Below, one piece after another: positions 38,552 through 44,108 of a stretch of 44,108 bases of DNA. The stretch is from positions 1 through 44,108 of IMG/VR virus record IMGVR_UViG_3300032143_000004. The stretch is one strand, 5' to 3'. The notes below the pieces were generated by a model. It was not told the origin of the DNA. It was given only the letters and a program-made list of their open reading frames with translations, and did no database searches. Position 1 is the stretch's first letter, and each line of letters begins with the position of its first letter. The DNA comes from a virus. Taxonomy: Duplodnaviria > Caudoviricetes. A program made the position numbers and the translations under genes.

Positions 38552-39106
38552 ATGGGAAAAAAAGGTATAACAAAATATTTTGGTTTATTTGAAAAAAAAC
38601 AAAGATTCGGTAAATATGAAGTAATTGATGGTAATGTCACTATGGATGGTGAAGCTAAAGTTTTTTGTGTTTGCGATTGTGGAGATATACATAATGTCGC
38701 TTGTTATACACTACTAAAAGGTACTAGTAAGGGATGTAAATTATGTACACAGTCAAGACCTAAAGAATTGAATCCCGCTTGGAGAGGATACGGAAATGTG
38801 CCGGGGAGAAAACTATCAAGAATCACCAAGGGTGCGAAAAATAGAAACATAGAAATTAATATAGATATAAAATTTTTGTCAGAATTATATGAAAAACAAA
38901 ATGGTAAATGTTATTATACTGGTTTACTAATAAATTTTGATGACGGATCGGCATCCTTAGAAAGAATAGACAGTAAGATTGGTTATGAAGAATCTAATGT
39001 TGTTTGGGTTCATAAAAATGTTAACATTATGAAGAGAGATTTATCTTATGAAGAATTTTATAATGTGTGTAAATTAGTTTTTGAAAATAAAAAAGAAAAT
39101 ATTTAA
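38552..39106 (+). CDS. HNH-like free-standing (homing-type) endonuclease
   Basis: N-term RFGKY..CVCDCG..GC..C..NPAWRG; C-term QNGKCYYTG..SLERIDSKIGY..SNVVWVHKNVNIMK. Confidence 0.75.
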   Translation: MGKKGITKYFGLFEKKQRFGKYEVIDGNVTMDGEAKVFCVCDCGDIHNVACYTLLKGTSKGCKLCTQSRPKELNPAWRGYGNVPGRKLSRITKGAKNRNIEINIDIKFLSELYEKQNGKCYYTGLLINFDDGSASLERIDSKIGYEESNVVWVHKNVNIMKRDLSYEEFYNVCKLVFENKKENI

Positions 39107-39111
39107 TACAA

Positions 39112-39333
39112 ATGACTGTAAACGCATCAAAAGACTGGGTTCAACAATTATATATTAGAGAATTTGGATCTAAACTACAACCAAATCATTTTTACTATAA
39201 TAGTGAAGGTAAAATGGTTATGACTGAAGAATATCATAAACTTAGAGGAAGTTGTTGTGGTAGTGGATGTTTACATTGTGCTTTTTATCCACCAAAAATT
39301 AAAGGTAATAAAGTATTAAAATCTCAACATTAA
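39112..39333 (+). CDS. Small Cys-rich protein (DUF5522-like)
   Basis: YYNSEGKMVMTEEYH.LRGSCCGSGCLHCAF. Confidence 0.7.
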   Translation: MTVNASKDWVQQLYIREFGSKLQPNHFYYNSEGKMVMTEEYHKLRGSCCGSGCLHCAFYPPKIKGNKVLKSQH

Positions 39334-39349
39334 GTTGGGATTTTTTTTT
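39318..39349 (+). terminator. Intrinsic terminator overlapping stop of the Cys-rich gene
   Basis: AAAATCTCAAC / GTTGGGATTTT stem followed by T-run. Confidence 0.7.
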
Positions 39350-39402
39350 GACATATTTTTATAGTTTTTACTTAAAAAAACGATAACATATATTTATGTC
39401 AT

Positions 39403-39861
39403 ATGGCAAATGGTATAACTTATGGGATTTCTTTTCCTTTTGTAGATTCTTTTACGGGGAGGTATCTTGATGTTACTGAAACAACAGAAGGTGAGACTAG
39501 AACAAACTTGGTTCATTTATTGTTAACAAGAAAGGGAAGTCGATATTTTCTACCTGATTTTGGGACAAGATTATATGAATATATATTTGAACCATTAGAT
39601 GGTCCGACATTTTCAGATATTGAATCAGAAATTAGAGATACCGTTAAAACATATATGCCAAATTTACAAGTTACAAATGTGACAGTTGAACCGGCATCAG
39701 CAGGATTGGAAGATAAAGGATTTACCGTAAACGAATACGGTGAAAGAGAATTTAAAGTTACAAATATTGCAACTTTAGAACACACGGCAAGAATAAAAAT
39801 AGACTATAGAATTACCGACTCAGCTTTTGAATCTCAAGATTTTATAATTCTAAATATTTAA
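39403..39861 (+). CDS. Baseplate wedge protein (T4 gp25-like)
   Basis: NLVHLLLTRKGSRYFLPDFGTRLYEYIFEP. Confidence 0.9.
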   Translation: MANGITYGISFPFVDSFTGRYLDVTETTEGETRTNLVHLLLTRKGSRYFLPDFGTRLYEYIFEPLDGPTFSDIESEIRDTVKTYMPNLQVTNVTVEPASAGLEDKGFTVNEYGEREFKVTNIATLEHTARIKIDYRITDSAFESQDFIILNI

Positions 39862-39867
39862 TTTTAT

Positions 39868-41709
39868 ATGGCAGAAAAAAAGATTTCATATACCGCAAGG
39901 GATTTTCAAGGCGTTAGGACAGAACTTATAAATTTTACTAGAACTTATTATCCCGATTTAGTGCAAAATTTTAACGATGCGGGTATTTTTTCCGTAATGT
40001 TAGATTTGAACGCTGCCGTAACTGATAACTTAAATTATCAGATAGATAGAAGTATTCAAGAAACAGTTTTACAATTTGCACAACAAAAAAATTCAATTTA
40101 CAATATTGCAAGAACCTATGGTTTAAAAGTACCGGGGCAAAGACCTTCAGTTGCGTTAGTTGATTTTTCAATAACAGTTCCCGCTTTTGGAGACAGAGAA
40201 GATTTAAGATATTGTGGTATATTAAGAAGAGGATCCCAAGTTAGTGGAGCGGGACAACCTTTTGAAACTGTTTATGACATAGATTTCCAATCGCCAGTAA
40301 ATGCTGAAGGATCACCAAATAGGGTTAAAATACCAAATTTTGATTCAAGTGGAAAACTTATAAATTATACGATCCTAAAAAGAGAAGTTGTTGTAAACGG
40401 GATTACAAAAGTTTACAAAAGAGTAATAACCCCTAATGATGTAAAACCATATTTAGAGTTATTCCTTCCTGAAAAAAATGTTTTAGGTATTTCAAGTGTT
40501 TTATTAAAACAAGGTACTCAGTATTCAACAATACCAAATCCACAAGATTTTTTAGTTATAGGCCCTGAAAGATTCTTTGAAGTTGATGCTCTTGTAGAAG
40601 ATAGAGTGTTTGTTGAAGACCCTACAAAAGTTTCTGATCAACCAGGTGTTAAAGTTGGTTTGTATATTACAACTTCTAACAAGTTTATTTCAGAATATAC
40701 TCCACAAGGTTATTGTAAAATGACTTTTGGTGGTGGAAATATTTCTGCGGATGAACAATTACGACAATTTGCAATTGACGGTAAAGGTTTTGATTTGAGT
40801 AGATATACAAACAACTATTCATTGGGAGCCGCACTTACAGCAAACAGTACTTTATTTGTACAATATAGAATTGGCGGCGGTTTATCTAGCAATGTTGGTA
40901 TTAATACAATCAATCAAATTGGTACCGTATCATTTTCGGTAAATGGACCATCTGAAAGTGCTAATAGAAATGTTATCAATAGTTTACAATGTAATAATGT
41001 AACGGCAGCAATTGGAGGAGCTAACCCACCGACAACTGAAGATGTTAGAAACATGGTTTCGTTTAATTTTGCGGCACAAAATAGAGCGGTAACCGTAAAT
41101 GACTACAATTCAATATTAAGAACAATGCCGGCACAATATGGGGCACCAGCAAAAGTGGCTATTACTGAAGAAAACAATAAGATTAGAATTAAAATGTTGT
41201 CTTACGATTCTAGTGGGACTTTAACTAATGTTGTTTCAAATACATTAAAACAAAATGTTGCAAACTATCTATCAAATTATAGAATGATAAATGACTACAT
41301 CTCAATAGAGGCGGCCGAAACAATAGATTTAGCGGTTACAGTTGATGTTGTTTTAGATAATAGTCAAAATCAAGGATCAGTTATTGCTAAAACAATACAA
41401 ATTGTTACTGACTTCTTTAATCCCCTTGTTAGAAATTTAGGACAAAATGTTAACATATCTGAATTACGAAGATTAATACAATCTGAAAATGGAATTGTTA
41501 GTATAAACGATGTTTTATTTTACAACCAAGTAGGTGGTCAATATTCGTCAAGTCAAACCTCAATGCCTTACGCTGACACAGTAACAAGACAAATCCAACC
41601 TTCCGCAGATACAATATTTGCAACACCAACACAAATCTATCAAGTAAGATACCCAAATAAAGATATTAATATTAGAGTATTAAACTTAAAATCTGTTAAT
41701 TTCTCTTAG
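39868..41709 (+). CDS. Baseplate wedge protein (T4 gp6/baseplate J-like)
   Basis: YTARDF, AQQKNSIYNIARTYG, YRIGGG..SNVG, AAIGG, AQNRAVTVNDY. Confidence 0.88.
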   Translation: MAEKKISYTARDFQGVRTELINFTRTYYPDLVQNFNDAGIFSVMLDLNAAVTDNLNYQIDRSIQETVLQFAQQKNSIYNIARTYGLKVPGQRPSVALVDFSITVPAFGDREDLRYCGILRRGSQVSGAGQPFETVYDIDFQSPVNAEGSPNRVKIPNFDSSGKLINYTILKREVVVNGITKVYKRVITPNDVKPYLELFLPEKNVLGISSVLLKQGTQYSTIPNPQDFLVIGPERFFEVDALVEDRVFVEDPTKVSDQPGVKVGLYITTSNKFISEYTPQGYCKMTFGGGNISADEQLRQFAIDGKGFDLSRYTNNYSLGAALTANSTLFVQYRIGGGLSSNVGINTINQIGTVSFSVNGPSESANRNVINSLQCNNVTAAIGGANPPTTEDVRNMVSFNFAAQNRAVTVNDYNSILRTMPAQYGAPAKVAITEENNKIRIKMLSYDSSGTLTNVVSNTLKQNVANYLSNYRMINDYISIEAAETIDLAVTVDVVLDNSQNQGSVIAKTIQIVTDFFNPLVRNLGQNVNISELRRLIQSENGIVSINDVLFYNQVGGQYSSSQTSMPYADTVTRQIQPSADTIFATPTQIYQVRYPNKDINIRVLNLKSVNFS

Positions 41710-41785
41710 TGGTTTATTTTTTTCAGAACAGGTGTATTTTTTATGAAAATAGGAAATAAACTATTTATGAAAAAACGAATTTTTA

Positions 41786-44108
41786 ATGTCTAAATCATAT
41801 AGAATAAGAACCGAAGTCGGTGTTGATAAATATATAAATGTCAATTTAGAACAAGATTGGGAATCTTTGGAGATACTTTCCTTAAAGATCCTTGCGAACA
41901 ATGTATACAGTAGATTTTGTTCAACATATGGAGTTGTAACGGGAAGAGTGTTTGTTAATGGTGGGTATGGTTTGCCAAATGCAAAGGTATCCGTTTTTAT
42001 TCCACTTGACGATACTGACGAATTAGACCCAGTTATTTCTGAATTATATCCTTTTAAAACAATTGGAGATACAAATGAAGATGGTTATAGATATAACCTA
42101 CTTCCAAAATTACCATCATACAAAGGACATGCCTCAACAGGAACATTCCCAAATAAAGGTGATGTTCTTATGGACGAATCATATATTGAAGTATATGACA
42201 AATATTATAGATTTACCGTAACAACAAATGAGAGTGGTGACTTTATGATTTTTGGTGTTCCTGTTGGAGAACAAACCATAGTTATGGATGTTGATCTTTC
42301 AGATATAGGGTGTTTCTCAATGTCTCCGCAAGATTTAATCCAACAAGGATTAGCGACAGAAAGTCAAGTTAATGGGGCAAGATTTAAGTCCTCAACAAAT
42401 TTAAGAGAATTACCACAAATTAAAAATCTGATATATAACATTGATGTTAGACCATTTTGGGGGGCTGAAGATTTTTGTCAAGTTGGAATAACAAGGGCAG
42501 ACTTTGACCTTACTAAATTGGCAAATATTACAATCCAACCAAGCTCAGTGTTCATGGGTTCAATCATTTCTAACACAAATGACGACGCCCTTAAAATAAG
42601 TTGTAAACCAAAAAACAACACAGGAAATTTATGTGAGTTGGTTGCGGGGCCTGGTGAAATACAAGGCATTAGACAAACAATATATTCCGATTCTATGGGT
42701 CTACCAATATTGGAAAGATGGGATATAGAACAAGCGGGTAAAGTAATTGATGGGGATGGTACCTTTTTAGTAAATGTACCAATGAACTTGGATTATATAT
42801 ACACAAATGAATTTGGAGAAGAAATAATTTCAAATGACCCTAAAAAAGGAATACCAACAAAAGGTAAATACAGATTTAAATTTAAATGGCAAACACAACA
42901 AGGGTTACAAGGAACTTCTTTAAGAGCCGATTTTTTGGTTCCAAATGTTAAAGAACATGGATGGTCAGATTACGAACAAGACCCTTTTCTGATATATAGT
43001 GAGTCAATATACAATTACCCAACAATTCCTGCTGGAGTTAATTCAGGGGCCACAATCACAGCTTCAAGTTCTTTTGGGTTAATAAATCCCGTTTTTTATA
43101 ACCTTGAAAGTTATACGATATTCATTAATGGAATTAATTACTTTGGGTCAACAGAATCAATTCAGATCACTAACGGTGATACATTCCAAATTGTTGCAAC
43201 TCCAATTGACCCAACACAAGCAATTAACATTAGTTTTACAAGTGTCCCTCAATCTTTATTTGATGTTTATAAATCATACGCTTTTTCAACAGATTGGGAT
43301 GATTATGCAGATAGTCAAGATGCCATAGATTGTGAAGATAGTTTCTATGAATTCTATTATAACAAAGTTTATACTACCGCAATGTTTTTGGATAGATATA
43401 AAAATGGGATTGGTAGGGCTAAACACTTGGGAATAAAAGAAATTGACGATAGATCTTGTAGGTCAAATGTTAATACTTTCCCAGTAAACGATATTATAAG
43501 AAACTTTGACGCAATATTTTTTATTTTTAACATTCTTATAAATATTTTAACATTCCCAATTCTAACTCTGTTATTTGTTGCTCACGCGTTTGCATTTATG
43601 TGGCCAATATTAAAATATGTTTTAATCGCAGTTGGCATAATGTTAACTATAGGGGCTGCTCGGTCATCCGCGTATCTATTTCAATTAGGAATAATGGCAA
43701 TTAACTCGGCGCTCATGTACATCAGTGTTGGTACTGTATTGGAAACAGCTCGACTAATATTGCAAGGTATTTCTTTCATTGCAATTGCGGCGTTTGATAT
43801 AGTATATGCTTTGGCGTATACGGCATTTGCCATATACGCAGCGATAAGAATAAAAGGTTTTCCAAGGATAGGATTACCCATGATTTCATATCCTGATTGT
43901 ACAAGTTGTGACTGTGATTGTAAAGACGCACCCTTAGATGATGATTTTGACACAAACTCCATAACCAATCAATTAAATCAAGCCGCGGCAGCATATCAAT
44001 CAGAACAAGAAAATGGGTCTGATTTAATTTTATCAACACCAAATTCTTTAATTGCCCCTGTAAACTACTCTGGGTCATTTAACTTAGATCACCCAAATTT
44101 ACAAGAAA
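41786..44108 (+). CDS. Large putative virion/baseplate-associated protein (partial, runs off window end; absent from ORF track)
   Basis: ATG 41786 MSKSYRIRTEVGVDKYINVNLEQD..YGVVTGRVFVNGGYGLPNAKVSVFIP..TNESGDFMIFGVPVG; no stop found in the frame segments read; TATTTAT at 41762-41768. Confidence 0.8.
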   Translation, partial: MSKSYRIRTEVGVDKYINVNLEQDWESLEILSLKILANNVYSRFCSTYGVVTGRVFVNGGYGLPNAKVSVFIPLDDTDELDPVISELYPFKTIGDTNEDGYRYNLLPKLPSYKGHASTGTFPNKGDVLMDESYIEVYDKYYRFTVTTNESGDFMIFGVPVGEQTIVMDVDLSDIGCFSMSPQDLIQQGLATESQVNGARFKSSTNLRELPQIKNLIYNIDVRPFWGAEDFCQVGITRADFDLTKLANITIQPSSVFMGSIISNTNDDALKISCKPKNNTGNLCELVAGPGEIQGIRQTIYSDSMGLPILERWDIEQAGKVIDGDGTFLVNVPMNLDYIYTNEFGEEIISNDPKKGIPTKGKYRFKFKWQTQQGLQGTSLRADFLVPNVKEHGWSDYEQDPFLIYSESIYNYPTIPAGVNSGATITASSSFGLINPVFYNLESYTIFINGINYFGSTESIQITNGDTFQIVATPIDPTQAINISFTSVPQSLFDVYKSYAFSTDWDDYADSQDAIDCEDSFYEFYYNKVYTTAMFLDRYKNGIGRAKHLGIKEIDDRSCRSNVNTFPVNDIIRNFDAIFFIFNILINILTFPILTLLFVAHAFAFMWPILKYVLIAVGIMLTIGAARSSAYLFQLGIMAINSALMYISVGTVLETARLILQGISFIAIAAFDIVYALAYTAFAIYAAIRIKGFPRIGLPMISYPDCTSCDCDCKDAPLDDDFDTNSITNQLNQAAAAYQSEQENGSDLILSTPNSLIAPVNYSGSFNLDHPNLQE

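Noticed and set aside
39348-39376. TTGACA as a sigma70 -35 upstream of gp25
   Set aside because: Arises from the terminator T-run and has no acceptable -10 at 16-18 bp
10523-41709. Bacterial eCIS/tailocin locus rather than phage
   Set aside because: Neck proteins, PolB, gp32-like SSB, helicase and RNR are interleaved with tail genes and no cellular housekeeping genes are present
41712-41761. Imperfect inverted repeat GTTTATTT...AAATAAAC after the gp6-like gene
   Set aside because: Almost all A/T with a long loop; likely chance
643-44078. Short ORF-track entries nested in or antisense to long genes (e.g. 643..1035, 5286..5606, 15965..16234, 36318..36605, 43681..43968, 43776..44078)
   Set aside because: Shadow frames of well-supported genes; no motifs, atypical composition
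1-44108. Stop-codon reassignment as in some large phages
   Set aside because: Genes are full length under code 11, and TAG and TGA end genes at sensible positions
1-44108. tRNA genes, CRISPR arrays, introns or inteins
   Set aside because: Intergenic gaps are short and AT-rich with no cloverleaf or spaced repeats seen; PolB, DnaB and NrdJ show no evident insertions or splice motifs. Visual inspection only

Overview
AT-rich (by eye about 30% GC) segment of a large, T4-like contractile-tailed (myovirus-type) phage genome in the standard bacterial code. It contains: a family B DNA polymerase; a minus-strand block (neck protein, a three-domain HExxH peptidase/Mn-SOD/unknown fusion, SNF2 helicase); a neck-tail module (head closure, tail terminator, sheath, HAD phosphatase, tube, gp26-like chaperone, tape measure, very large tube-initiator-like and hub-like proteins, LysM/gp53-like protein); a replication/recombination block (gp32-like SSB, RecA/UvsX, 5'-3' exonuclease, DnaB-like helicase, class II RNR, HNH-like endonuclease); then baseplate genes and a large ORF running off the end. 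Best leads: (1) a probable programmed +1 frameshift at GAA-TTT-TTT-CGG joining the gp26-like chaperone to an unannotated gp51-like frame between tube and tape measure genes; (2) a peptidase-SOD-unknown fusion with (I/L)xE motifs in its linkers, possibly a packaged polyprotein; (3) a recurrent TATTTAT(A) upstream motif, sometimes 4-5 nt from the ATG; (4) an unannotated ribbon-helix-helix gene with a phased direct repeat; (5) an OmpA-like domain inside a baseplate protein. All family assignments are from motif recognition, not database searches.
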